A stretch of 63,608 bases of DNA, the filler included, from Diploschistes diacapsis (lineage: Eukaryota): assembly GCA_023645945.1 (NCBI GenBank). It is 11 parts of 11 records of this genome, joined end to end, with 100 filler letters (N's around TTAATTAATTAA, not from the genome) between each part and the next. Parts side by side here need not be neighbours in the genome. Positions count along the whole stretch, not along the records: positions 1 to 5,734 come from JALAIB010001491.1; positions 5,835 to 11,568 come from JALAIB010001492.1; 9 more parts are not named here. One strand, written 5' to 3'. Below, piece by piece: positions 1 to 11,008 of this stretch. The first letter of the stretch is position 1; each line of letters opens with the position of its first letter. The notes under the pieces were generated by a model that ran no database searches, had not been told where the DNA came from, and was given only the letters and a program-made list of their open reading frames with translations. The translations under genes and the position numbers were made by a program.

Positions 1-332
1 AAGGAGGAGTGGAAGGGGTTGTGGGGAGGTGTTGGTGGAATTGGAGGATGGAGCGAGGGGTGCGGGGATCTTGGGCGGGCTGAACGTTGCTGGTAACGGC
101 GTGGGGACGGAAGCAGCTGGGAAAGGAGGAAGTGGGAAGCCGGAGGTGCAGCAAGCAGCGACGGACGTCGAGAGGGATGTCGATGCTATTGGGCCTCATA
201 GGGAGGGAACCTGTTCTTAGAGATATCCTTGGTACTATTTGTCGTATTGGAATACTATGATGCTTTCGGTGTATCTACCACGATGATTCGTGATTTGCTG
301 GTACATGTCTGTAGATAGAATCCATCCCCTCC

Positions 333-2429
333 CTACACAAAGCCAGCAACCAACTTCTCCAATTCCTTCGCTCCGCCCCTAACGTCCTGGCTAAAGTGGC
401 ATTTCAGAAGCTCCCCCTCCCATACGCTGCCGCAGTACGGCTTGCAGTTCTCCATGTCACCAAGCGGATCATACTCGCCATCGCCTCTCCTCTCTTCGCT
501 GTTCCACAACGGATATATCTTCCGCCCTTGCGAGCGCACGATTTCCGCTAGGAGGCCGATGACGGCACGACTTGTCTTTTCGGGGGTATGTAGGCACGCG
601 CTCATGAGGCGATGAGTGAAAGAAGCGAGGCGTATTGGCGGCGTGGAGCGCGGTGTGAGCGTAGCTGTGAGGGCACGGAGGAGGAGGGTTGAGTTTGCGG
701 AGACGTTGATTTTGGGAGAGGATTGATCTTGAAACGATTTCTGTGCTTTGCCAAAGCTGTGAGGGTCGGAGAGGCGTAAGGTTTTGTGAGAGAACTCTAG
801 ATCTGGGTGGAGTGGTAATGTCGGTAGCAGCAGGGTGTACAGAAGCGCCGTAAAGGATGATAAGTCTAGCGAAAGGCGGGAAGCGTCTTGTCTCGAAAGA
901 AGACTGAACGCTGTAGTGGTACAAAGTAGCGCGGTGCGTGTCGGATCCATTGGGAGCGTTACTTTCTTCTGGTCGAGATCTTCTACGTCGTCCGTTGCCT
1001 TAGACGAGAATGTAGGGTCTAAAGAAGCGACAGCTTTTTCGGTTAACTCTCTAAAGACTTCCAAGAGGTCTCCAAAGAAGTCTTGATTAATCAGATGCGC
1101 GAACTTGGCAAGTCCTTCAAGCACCGCACCTGTTAGGTGTGGCGACCTTGCTTTCAAGATCCTAAAATAGGTTGTGAATACTAGCTTAAGGGTCTCACCC
1201 TGCAAGCGATCTCGTTCCTCATGGCTTACAACAGCGTCTGCTTCCCGAAAGTCCTTTTCGACACCCTTGAGCTCTTTGAGAGCCTTCCGCTGCTTCTTGG
1301 TGCGGAACTCGCGCTTCTGTTTGGGCTTTTTGCCTTTTGAGCCGCCTTCTCCATCCTTATCAACGGCATCCTTTGAGGCTTTGGACGAGAGTTCGGTCAG
1401 CAATCGAAGTTGTAGAAACGTATTGAGCACGGATTCATCGACCCTGTAGTTTCGGACTTTCATCATCTTTGTAAGGGCTATGACCGCGTCGTGAGACGCG
1501 TTGCCGTCTTCATCTTCTTGGAATAGAGTCTCGAGCGTAGTACAGCATCTTGTAAATTCATCGTCAACGATCCGCTGGCCAAGCTTGTTAGCTAGGACTT
1601 GGATTAAGTCGGCACGGAAATTGAAGTGCGGAACAGCAAGCAGTAGTTCGCACGCACACGAAAGCGCAGTCCTAGCCACAGCACTTGTCTCTGCAGACTG
1701 AGCTTTACAACCTTGAATCACGCAATCATTGAGTGTGTCAACATATTTTTTGTAAGAGCGGACAAGTGCCTGCTCAGAGGCTCTTCGCTGCTTTACTTCT
1801 TTCGACACTTTTTCTGTCATGTCTTTATCGCTTAATGGTCTGATACGATAACCTGGAATGGCATCTTTGAACACGCTTAGCAGCGTCGCGATGGCGAGCT
1901 GCTTAACAACGTGGTTTGGCGATTGTATCCACTGCACAAGACCTCTAAAGGCGCCAGCATGCTCCTCTGGATTTTGGTTGATAGACAAGGCCAATCGTGC
2001 TAGCTCCTCTTTGGCTTCTAGGACCTGCTCTCGACTAGATTTTTGCGGTTCTTCACGAATCGCAACCTCTTCGGTACTTTTGGCATCTTCTGCGGCTTCT
2101 TCCTCGGAAGCTAGCCAACTATCGCCGTCCTCTTCTGCTTCGGCTAGCGGTTCAACCTGCTCGATCCTCCCTTCTGCGGTTTTTATTGGTAGTCTATTGT
2201 TTACCTTTTCCTTCTTGTTAAGCTGTCTTGGCTTTGACTCATATGCTTGCTCAAGATTCCAACGAGATGCATTCGCGAGATAGTTGTCCAACTTTAGCGG
2301 CGTTTGTGTAGCATTGTGACCGTCTGTGAAGCCATCGAAGCTCGAGTTGTCCGGTGGCGAAAGTCTCCTCCTTTTTCGTAGTCGTTCAGGTACCATACTG
2401 ACTTGCCCAGTATTTGCACGAAGTGACAT
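333..2429 (-). CDS. NOC3: Nucleolar complex-associated protein 3 (60S biogenesis)
   Basis: Intronless ORF with Noc3 motifs (RLPIKTAEG, VFKDAIPGYRIRPL, PHFNFR, VLEGLAKFAHLINQDFFGDLL, WEGELL). First ATG at 2429; an alternative ATG is at 2396. Confidence 0.93.
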   Translation of the reverse strand: MSLRANTGQVSMVPERLRKRRRLSPPDNSSFDGFTDGHNATQTPLKLDNYLANASRWNLEQAYESKPRQLNKKEKVNNRLPIKTAEGRIEQVEPLAEAEEDGDSWLASEEEAAEDAKSTEEVAIREEPQKSSREQVLEAKEELARLALSINQNPEEHAGAFRGLVQWIQSPNHVVKQLAIATLLSVFKDAIPGYRIRPLSDKDMTEKVSKEVKQRRASEQALVRSYKKYVDTLNDCVIQGCKAQSAETSAVARTALSCACELLLAVPHFNFRADLIQVLANKLGQRIVDDEFTRCCTTLETLFQEDEDGNASHDAVIALTKMMKVRNYRVDESVLNTFLQLRLLTELSSKASKDAVDKDGEGGSKGKKPKQKREFRTKKQRKALKELKGVEKDFREADAVVSHEERDRLQGETLKLVFTTYFRILKARSPHLTGAVLEGLAKFAHLINQDFFGDLLEVFRELTEKAVASLDPTFSSKATDDVEDLDQKKVTLPMDPTRTALLCTTTAFSLLSRQDASRLSLDLSSFTALLYTLLLPTLPLHPDLEFSHKTLRLSDPHSFGKAQKSFQDQSSPKINVSANSTLLLRALTATLTPRSTPPIRLASFTHRLMSACLHTPEKTSRAVIGLLAEIVRSQGRKIYPLWNSEERRGDGEYDPLGDMENCKPYCGSVWEGELLKCHFSQDVRGGAKELEKLVAGFV

Positions 2430-2643
2430 GCTGCGTCCACTGTTTGGAACACTCTCAAGATCTGCGGATACAACATACAAAATAAATTACGATATCCCGC
2501 ACTAAGCGGCAGATGATTTGGCGTAAATTACATGCACTATCTTATCTTATCATAATCCCTGTCACCCAGCATCAAGCTCCTAAAAATATAGAACTTCTTC
2601 CCATCGTACCACCATTCATCTTGCTGCTCTCTCCTCCGTCCAA
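2430..2643. promoter_or_regulatory. Putative bidirectional promoter between NOC3 and NIP7
   Basis: About 214 bp separate the divergent start codons of two 60S-biogenesis genes. Confidence 0.55.
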
Positions 2644-3433
2644 ATGCGTTCCCTCACCGAAGAAGAGACACGCACGCTCTTCACCAAACTCGCCTCCTAC
2701 ACCGGTAATTCCCTCAAATCCCTCATCGCTCCTCCAGGTACCAACCCTTCCGACCCCTCCTCAGCCGCTCCCAGTACCACCGACTCTGCCTCCTCTTCCT
2801 CCTCAAAACGCAAATCTCACCCAGAAGCCCGCCTCCCAAGCTCGCAGCAGCAACACGTCTTCCGTCTGCATAATTCCCGCGTCTACTATGTTCCCTTGCA
2901 CATTGCCAACCTAGCCACCTCCATTGCGCGAGAGAATCTTTTGTCGCTTGGCTTATGTATTGGGAAGTTTACGAAGACGGGGAAATTCAGAATGCACATA
3001 ACGGCGCTGGATGTGATCGCGCCGCATGCGCGGTACAAAGTGTGGATCAAGCCGAATGGAGAAGGGCCGTTCACGTACGGAGGGCATGTGGTTAAGGCGC
3101 ATGTTGGGAGGTGGTCGGAAGAGGCGCCGGAGCATCAGGGGGTCGTGGTATGTGGAATGGGGGATACACCTCTGGTGAGTTGGGCTGGCGTAACGTCTTA
3201 GATCTGATTATATAGATGCAAGGAATCGTGGCTGATCTACTGGGTGCGTAGGGTTTTGGCGTCACAGCTCGATCGACAACAGAAGCTAAGAGGCTGGAGC
3301 CAACAGCGATTGTTACATTCAGGCAGGCGGACGTGGGGGAGTATCTACGAGAGGTAAGGCAAGCGATCAATTGTGCCGTTTCGTGCCGCTAACTTCCAGC
3401 CAGGAGGACAACCTATTCTCCACGACTACCTAG
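2644..3433 (+). CDS. NIP7: 60S ribosome biogenesis protein Nip7 (PUA domain); exons 2644-3174, 3252-3353, 3404-3433
   Basis: MRSLTEEETRTLFTKLASYTG...GKFTKTGKFRMHITAL...PL|GFGVTARST...QADVGEYLRE|EDNLF; both introns are GT-AG. Confidence 0.93.
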
Positions 3434-3506
3434 CCGAGCCTCTATCGCCAAAGTGCTTCCTTGGCATGTTGAAATAAGCTAAAAAAAGAGAGCAAGTCCC
3501 AAAAGC

Positions 3507-5578
3507 TCACTTCTTCTTGTTCTTCTTTTTCGACTTTCCTCCGCCACTTGATGCGGTAACCACAGTCGACCTGGCCTGCTCCGCCCCAGCTATTTCGGGA
3601 GCTTTCTCGCTCGAACCTTGAGTCAAGGTTGCCTGCTTCTGCTTGCCCTTTTTACCCTTGGGCTTGTATGTTGATCTATCTCTCAGCGGCAACCATCGCT
3701 CTGGATCTGGTTTCTTATTAGGGTCGAAATCCTTGGGTAACTTGGATTTTCGTACGCGCTTCTTCTTGGGCTTAGAAAGGGGAGCGTCTACACGCTTGCG
3801 TTTGAGAAGTGTGCTGGCAGCAGATGTACCGGCCGGGGGTATTCCTACTTTCTCCAGAGCCGCAACATCAATTCCAGCTGTCAGTCGCTCGATTGCAGTT
3901 AGTGACTCGGAGTCTGCAGAGGCGCTTGAAGGGTCAAAAGTCGCAAATGATGCGACCCAGCCAGCTCTGGCATAGCGATCATTAGGGTTAGCTTTACGTA
4001 GCTCTTCGAAAATTTCTCCTGCAACCTTTAGGTCTTCGTTGGATGTGCTTCCAAGTAACGATAACCCTGCTGATCGTAGTAAACCAGGAGAGGCTTTCGA
4101 TCTGTGCTTCCAGTACGACGCTGCTTTCGCTAGTTCTGTCCGTATGTGCGATTTGCGCCCCTCTAACGAGTAAAGAGACACAATCATTGCAACAAGACCT
4201 GGGTTGTACCTCACCTCTTGCTCGGCTGCAGAATTTGATTGGTCGAGATGCCTCAAAAGCTTTTCCACTATTTGAATCGCTGCACCTTGATTGTGCGTAA
4301 GCAGGTATATCTGGACTATTGTTGCAACTAAGCCGATGTCTTTCGGTCTTTTTCCCAGAAGAGGCAAAATGGTCTTTAATCCCAGCTTTCCAAGCTGATT
4401 CCGAGCATGAGCGGCTGCATTGGCGCAAGATACACCGTTGACTCTTGGGGAAATCGAAGGGGGTGAATGCGTCTTTAGATACTTTTCCGTGCTTCGTGCG
4501 ATGCCAGCAAACTTTGAGCTAGCGAGGTCGGCAGCCATCCGGTTCCTCTCCATCGCCAGTTTCTGAAAGTTAAATAATTTATCACTTCTGGTCAAAGTTG
4601 TGGTCGAAGAAAGCAGCCGCTGTGTTATGTAAGGATTTACATCTCCGATTGTCGAGGCAAGCTTGTTGGCTTGAGCAATTTGTCTAGTTGACAGGTCGGG
4701 TATTCTGTTTGGGTTTAGCACCTATCCCTCACAGATGCAATTAATGTCATACTTGTCAATCGAAATATCTGTTGAGATTGACTGTGCTTCCTCATGCTCC
4801 CCAAGCAAGTTCAGAACGTAGACCTGCTGAACGCTAATTGGTAGCAACTCCTCCTGTTTTTGTTCGGATGTGAGCTCTTCGTGAGCCTCACAAAGGGCTA
4901 AAGTCGTCAGTTCCTGCTCCATGAGCTAATGATGTTTCACCGTACCCCTGGCTTGCTTAAGAAGTATTCTTGCCTGAACCAGCTCTCCCTGTGCGATGCT
5001 GATACATGCAGCATTGTATGCAGTTTCGAAAGCTTCTAGGTCTTCCCTTTCCGCCTTCCTCTTTGTTTTCAAGCTTCCTTCCTGCTTCCACAATAACTGA
5101 GCAGATGTTGCACCAAGATTAATTCGCACATCGTTCTCTTCCTCTTGCGGCTTCTCAAGCAGCTTATGGTAAATGGCCTCAGCATTGGCGAAGTTCTCAA
5201 GCCTATATGACTGGACTCGGTAAGCACATATTAGATGAGTCATGAGAAAGAGCAGCCGCTTACCGCTTGACCTTCAAGATGCTTTGCGCCTCTTGAGTCG
5301 ATCTCCCCCGCTACCTGCTCGGCTTTCTCAAGATCCCCGGTTTTATAAAGCGCATATGCATATTCCAGCTGCGCTTCCCCCCTTAGCCTTTCGCCACCTT
5401 CTTCAAATAATCGGATCACATCGTCAAAGCGATTGAGGTGGAGTAAAGCCACAGCTTTTACGTGCTGCGTACGAATATTGCTTCTCGACTCCTTCAGCGC
5501 CGCGTTGCAAGCCTTGACTACTTCTTCGTGGTCGTTGATGGTGCTTTGCTCAAGTAGAGAACTCAAAATACTTGTCAT
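3507..5578 (-). CDS. SRP72: Signal recognition particle subunit SRP72 (4 exons)
   Basis: TPR-like N-terminus (EYAYALYKTG, AFETAYNAAC) and the C-terminal RNA-binding motif KPDPERWLPLRDRSTYKP; three GT-AG introns join the listed ORFs. Confidence 0.93.
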
Positions 5579-5734
5579 GACGCTTTGTTCAGGAGCTCAC
5601 CTGCGCCCATCGCAGCATGGATATAGGTACCTACCCCACAAAGCATTAAATAGTATACAGTACGTTATAAAAGTCAAGAGAATTCGCTTAGCATTCTTGT
5701 CGTAAACATCGATTATTAAAATATCGAGTAAAAT

Positions 5735-5834
5735 NNNNNNNNNNNNNNNNNNNNNNNNNNNNNNNNNNNNNNNNNNNNTTAATTAATTAANNNNNNNNNN
5801 NNNNNNNNNNNNNNNNNNNNNNNNNNNNNNNNNN
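5735..5834. other. Artificial contig spacer (first of ten)
   Basis: 44 N + TTAATTAATTAA (stops in all six frames) + 44 N. It recurs at 11569-11668, 17379-17478, 23187-23286, 28981-29080, 34767-34866, 40545-40644, 46319-46418, 52083-52182 and 57846-57945. Confidence 0.98.
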
Positions 5835-6538
5835 GGGTTGGGTTTGCAACCTGGCGTTCGTTGAGGGTTTGAACAAAAAAGGGCATTCTTGATGTGGTTT
5901 GATAGCCCGGGTGGACAAGGCTCAAGGCAGGACGAAATTATGCCTTGACGGATGTAGCCTTGACATTTTGCTAGAACTAGACTACTAGGCTTCGCTCAGC
6001 CATCATGGCGGCGATGGCTATTTAGTGCCCAGCATAAAGACGGGTTGGCTTGATTAACAGCGTACGCAGTTCCTATTATACTTCAGGCGCAGAACAGCAG
6101 GAACTGGCTCACAACTATAACATAGACCTACCATGGGAATTTTCGATAACGGAATATCTGATTAATTTGTGCCTTTTGAGATGAAGTGAGGTCGTCGTCG
6201 TCGTTGGTGGGCACCAACGCTTGCTTGCCGCTCGCCGATTGCTAGCATGTCATTGACCAGCTTGACGCGCAAGCTGTCTTTGACGCGGATTTGGCCTGCG
6301 GAGCAGTTGATTTGTTAGATAGTTTTTGTGCGGTGGTGAAGTCGCGTCCAACTTTTCCTTCTTAAATTTACTGTTATCCATCAATCAGAGTCGCTTCGCC
6401 TTAAATCACAACCCATAATTGACAGCTGATTACATGCTGCTTTAACGATTGGTCATAGCCTCTGATAGAAGAAAGTCCAGGGCGAAATATTATCACTTTA
6501 CCTCGATTCTTCGCCTGAAGTTTATTCCTGCGGGCAGG

Positions 6539-9398
6539 ATGAAGTTCAATATCGAGTGCTACGATTCTCCAAACGTTGGGTCCAAAGCTAACTCTGATAC
6601 TAGTGATCTCCCAGTTCTCTTCCCATATCCCAGGATATATCCAGGTCAGGAGCGCTTCTTCGCGTTTGCAAAATAAGAGCTGACTCTGAGCCACCTAGAA
6701 CAATATGCGTATGTTATACTCTTGAATTTCCCGTTCGAGTATCGGTTGATCCTTGTCTCGAAGCTACATGTGCGATCTCAAGCGTATGCCTTCCTTCGAT
6801 CCTTACGAATACGGACCGGCTAAGTCTTTTCCAGGTACGTTGGATGCAGGTGGCCACTGCGTCCTGGAGATGCCTTCGGGCACCGGCAAGACCGTCTCAC
6901 TCCTGTCCCTGATCGTGGCCTACCAACAGTACTATCCTGAGCATCGGAAACTGATATACTGCTCACGTGTGTAGAATCATCCCCTCCCGTCAAGCTCTGA
7001 CCTTACAACGGCTACAGGTACCATGTCCGAGATCGAAAAGGCCCTGGCGGAACTGAAAGCCCTGATGAAATATCGAGCGGACCAGCTAGGGTACGTAGAA
7101 GACTTCCGAGGGTTGGGACTGACAAGTCGGAAGAACTTGTGCCTGCACCCTTCGGTCAAGCGGGAGAAAGCCGGGAACGTCGTTGATGCTAGGTGTCGGA
7201 GTCTTACGGCGGGGTTCGTTAAGGAGCAAAAGGAAAGGGGGGAGGATGTGGACGTCTGCATTTACCACGATGTAGGTTTGCACGGTCGGGAATTACGGTA
7301 GGGGTGCGCTGATGGAGCCAAGAACCTGGACCTTCTTGAGCCACACAACCTGGTTCCGGCAGGTGTCTTCACGATCGATGGGATGCTCAAGTATGGAGAG
7401 AAGAACAAACAGTGCCCCTATTTCTCGGTGCGGCGGATGGTAAGGAGGGCATCATCTGATATCGCTGCAACACCTAACATAGCCAGATGCCCTACTGCAA
7501 TGTCATCATCTACTCTTATCACTATCTCCTAGACCCTAAGATTTCGGAACGAGTCTCGAAAGAATTGTCAAAGGACTGCATCGTCGTCTTTGACGAAGCT
7601 CACAATATCGACAACGTGTGCATCGAGTCTCTTAGTATCGATATCACAGAGGACTCGTTACGCAAAGCGACTCGCGGCGCGAACAACCTTGAGCGGAAGA
7701 TCGAGGAGATGAAGACGTCGGACGCGGAGAAGCTACAGAATGAGTACTCGAAGCTCGTCGAAGGTCTAAAGGATGCAGAGGAGGCGAGGGCGGAGGACAC
7801 TTTCATGGCCAACCCTGGTAACGTTTCCTGCTGATTTCGCATTCTGCCAATTCTAACTCGACTAGCTCTACCTGACGATCTATTACAAGAAGCTGTTCCC
7901 GGCACGATACGGAGAGCGGAGCATTTCGTCACCTTCTTGAAGCGGTTTGTGGAGTATCTAAAGAATCGAATGAAGGTGCTGCATGTGATTTCGGAAACAC
8001 CACCATCTTTCCTATCCCATCTGAAAGACTACACCTTTATCGAAAAAAAGCCACTACAGTAGGTCTTTGATCGGTTGCTCCCCCCGCTCAACACTAACAT
8101 AGAATTCTAGGTTCTGTGCAGAGCGACTGACATCCCTCGTACGGACATTAGAGCTCACGAATATAGAAGACTATCAGCCTCTACAGGAGGTTGCTACGTT
8201 CGCTACGCTCGTTGCGACATATGAGAAAGGCTTCCTGCTGATTCTGGAGCCATTTGAATCAGATACCGCGGAAGTGCCGAATCCTATCCTTCACTTTACT
8301 TGTTTAGATGCTGCCATTGCCATCAAGCCCGTTTTCGACCGTTTCTCGTCCGTCATCATCACATCTGGAACTATTTCGCCCCTCGACATGTACCCCAAAA
8401 TGCTCAACTTCAACACCGTCGTCCAAGAGTCTTACGCCATGACCCTGGCTCGAAGGTCGTTCTTGCCCATGATTGTTACCCGAGGCTCCGACCAATCCGT
8501 CGTGTCATCTGGCTTCCAAATCCGTAACGATCCTGGAGTCGTTCGCAACTACGGAAACCTCGTCTCGGAGTTTGCCAAGATCACCCCCGATGGCCTCGTC
8601 GTCTTCTTTCCCTCCTACCTCTACATGGAGTCCATCATCAGCATGTGGCAAGGCATGGGCGTCCTCGACGAAGTGTGGAAGTACAAGCTCATCCTCGTCG
8701 AAACGCCCGACTCGCAAGAAACCTCGCTAGCACTCGAGACCTTCCGCACGGCCTGCTGCAACGGCCGCGGCGCCGTGCTCCTGTGTGTCGCACGCGGCAA
8801 AGTGTCGGAAGGTATCGATTTCGACCACCACTACGGCCGAAGCGTGCTCTGCATCGGCGTGCCCTTCCAGTACACGGAATCCCGCATCCTCAAAGCCCGG
8901 CTCGAGTTCCTGCGCGAAACTTACCGCATCCGCGAAAACGACTTCCTCTCCTTCGACGCCATGCGGCATGCGGCGCAGTGCCTGGGCCGCGTCCTGCGCG
9001 GCAAGGACGACTACGGCATCATGGTGCTGGCGGACAAGCGGTTCCAGAAGAAGCGGAGCCAGTTGCCGAAGTGGATAGGGCAGGCGATGCTCGAGGCCGA
9101 GACGAGCCTGAGCACGGACATGGCGGTCGGGATCGCAAAGAAGTTCCTGAAGACGCTCGCGCAGCCGTTTGCAGGGAAGGAGCAGGACGGGATCAGTACG
9201 TGGAGCTTGACGGACCTGGAGAGGCATAAGGAGATGATGGACGAGGCGAAGATTGTGGAGCTGCAGGCGAGGGATGGGATGATGGATGTCGACGGCGTGG
9301 AGAATGGGGCGAATGGCAACGGGCTGGGGAACGGGAATGGAGTGGACGAGTTTGAGGACGATCTGGACGATGAGGTTATGCTGGGTATCGAGGGGTGA
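6539..9398 (+). CDS. RAD3: TFIIH/NER DNA helicase XPD (Rad3/Rad15), 10 exons
   Basis: Spliced protein [53 protein letters not shown] box, [26 protein letters not shown]; nine GT-AG introns. Confidence 0.97.
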
Positions 9399-10319
9399 AG
9401 GAGGTATCGTTCCTTGTGGTTCGGGATTCCTCAATATGTTTACCGTAACGGCCAGTATTTGATTCGCGAAGCATTGCGCGGCGCTTGAATTGTTGGATGT
9501 ACAGTAGAGGATCTTGCACTTGCACGTCCATCCATCGAGCTAATAGCGCGCTATACTAGGTCCACACAACTTGTTTAGCAAAATGAAGCTCTCCCTGGCA
9601 CTCTACCGCTGAACATCCCCTCCCTTTCAATTTTGCTTGAGTCAATAGTTGGATGTACCACAGCTCCCACTTGAGACTGAGCGAACCTATAGTCACTGGA
9701 GATCTCCCTCGAACATGCCTAACTTTTCAAACATGCATGAAAATCCTGGTCGCGTCTCAGTTCATAATATCTCTATTAACCAATCGAAAGTCCAGCACTC
9801 GAACAAGACATTTTCAAACTGATAGCATTGTCGACTATATATATACATTTAAGCTGAAGATGAAAAACGTTTCGCACTGTTGAACTTCCAGGCAAGCATT
9901 CTCACTTACCTTTCTTTCTATGCTTGGTAAAAACAAAAGCCGCCAGGTATATTACTGTATTAACTTATTATTTGCATCTTGTTTAATAATATACCCAGTA
10001 CCACATATTTTTTCTTCCTTCCCTTCGATATTCTCCAGTCAAAACATCCTTTAACTAAAACTCAGTCAATTTGCTTCTATCAAAATGTTTTATTTACTGA
10101 ACATCGCATCGACCCTGTCCGCGCTGGCCTTGATAATATTCTTTTATTTTTACCGTTGGTGTATAATATAAATTACGTAAAACACGATTCTCTATTAAAC
10201 AGAGAGACGAGGGATTTTTTCGACGATATCGCACGGCGAGGCCCCTTCGACAGGACCAAGTACACCCATCGACAAGGAGACGGACAGGACCCGGTAACCC
10301 CCTCTCGACATATTTAACC

Positions 10320-10530
10320 AAACTGTCCCGACCGCAACTGCGATGGGCATTTGCGATAAGAAAGTCGGTCCGGACCGGGACGTATACAATTGCAGGATTT
10401 GCAATAAAAGATGCAAGTTATAAGAAGGTTTGGTCGCTTCGATTTCGATTGCGAGGTTTACAATAAAAAATGCCTGCCTGTCAATAAATATGCACTGAAA
10501 TTACAGGATTTATAATAGAATATGTTAGAG
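10320..10530 (+). pseudogene. Decayed Cys-rich repeat coding relic (NCxxCxKxC units)
   Basis: Four related units near 10336, 10388, 10447 and 10499 (e.g. AATTGCAGGATTTGCAATAAAAGATGC), separated by stops and frameshifts. Confidence 0.35.
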
Positions 10531-10623
10531 GGCGGGAAGGGATACCTGAGGATTGAGGATCGTAAAGGAATGATATTAGTTTACATCGCATTATTATATA
10601 ATAATTACCGTTAAAAGGGCCTA

Positions 10624-10809
10624 ACGTGTTTCATCATACAACGGAACACACCACAAAGCGGAATATTACATTATAATGTAATTGCGCTAGATCGAGCGTT
10701 TTCATATTTGTACGAAGCTAAATCTGTTCTCAGTTAAGAAATACACTTTACGAAGGTGCAGGGATTGTATTCCGCTTTGTGGTATGTTCCGTTGTGTGGT
10801 AAAATACGT
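10624..10809. mobile_element. MITE copy 1, Tc1/mariner-pogo (Fot1-like) type
   Basis: TA flanks; ~43-bp TIRs, left ACGTGTTTCATCATACAACGGAACACACCACAAAGCGGAATA and right (revcomp) ACGTATTTTACCACACAACGGAACATACCACAAAGCGGAATA; no ORF. Confidence 0.85.
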
Positions 10810-10813
10810 TATA

Positions 10814-11008
10814 ACGTGTTTCATCAAGAAACGGATCACCCCACGAAACGGATCATTACATTATAATGTAATTACGCTAGATCGAGCGCTTCCATATTGC
10901 TAAATCTGTTCTCAACCTTACTACCCCGTTCTTCTTCGGCCTTTTTTTAATTACATTATACTGTAGTGATCCGCTTCGCGGGGTGATCCGTTTCCTGGTG
11001 AAACACGT
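10814..11008. mobile_element. MITE copy 2, same family, different TIR subtype
   Basis: TA flanks; TIRs ACGTGTTTCATCAAGAAACGGATCACCCCACGAAACGGATCA and right (revcomp) ACGTGTTTCACCAGGAAACGGATCACCCCGCGAAGCGGATCA, extending inward through TTACATTATAATGTAATT. Confidence 0.85.

Noticed and set aside
29..220. 63-aa Gly-rich ORF at the window start
   Set aside because: No recognisable motif; it could be the tail of a truncated gene but cannot be supported.
5779..5790. TTAATTAATTAA recurring about every 5.8 kb as a biological repeat
   Set aside because: Always centred between 44-N blocks; it is an assembly linker.
8645..9434. Long overlapping and antisense ORFs over RAD3 (likewise over RMT2, CPY, RKI1, glfA)
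   Set aside because: Shadow ORFs caused by high GC3 in real genes.
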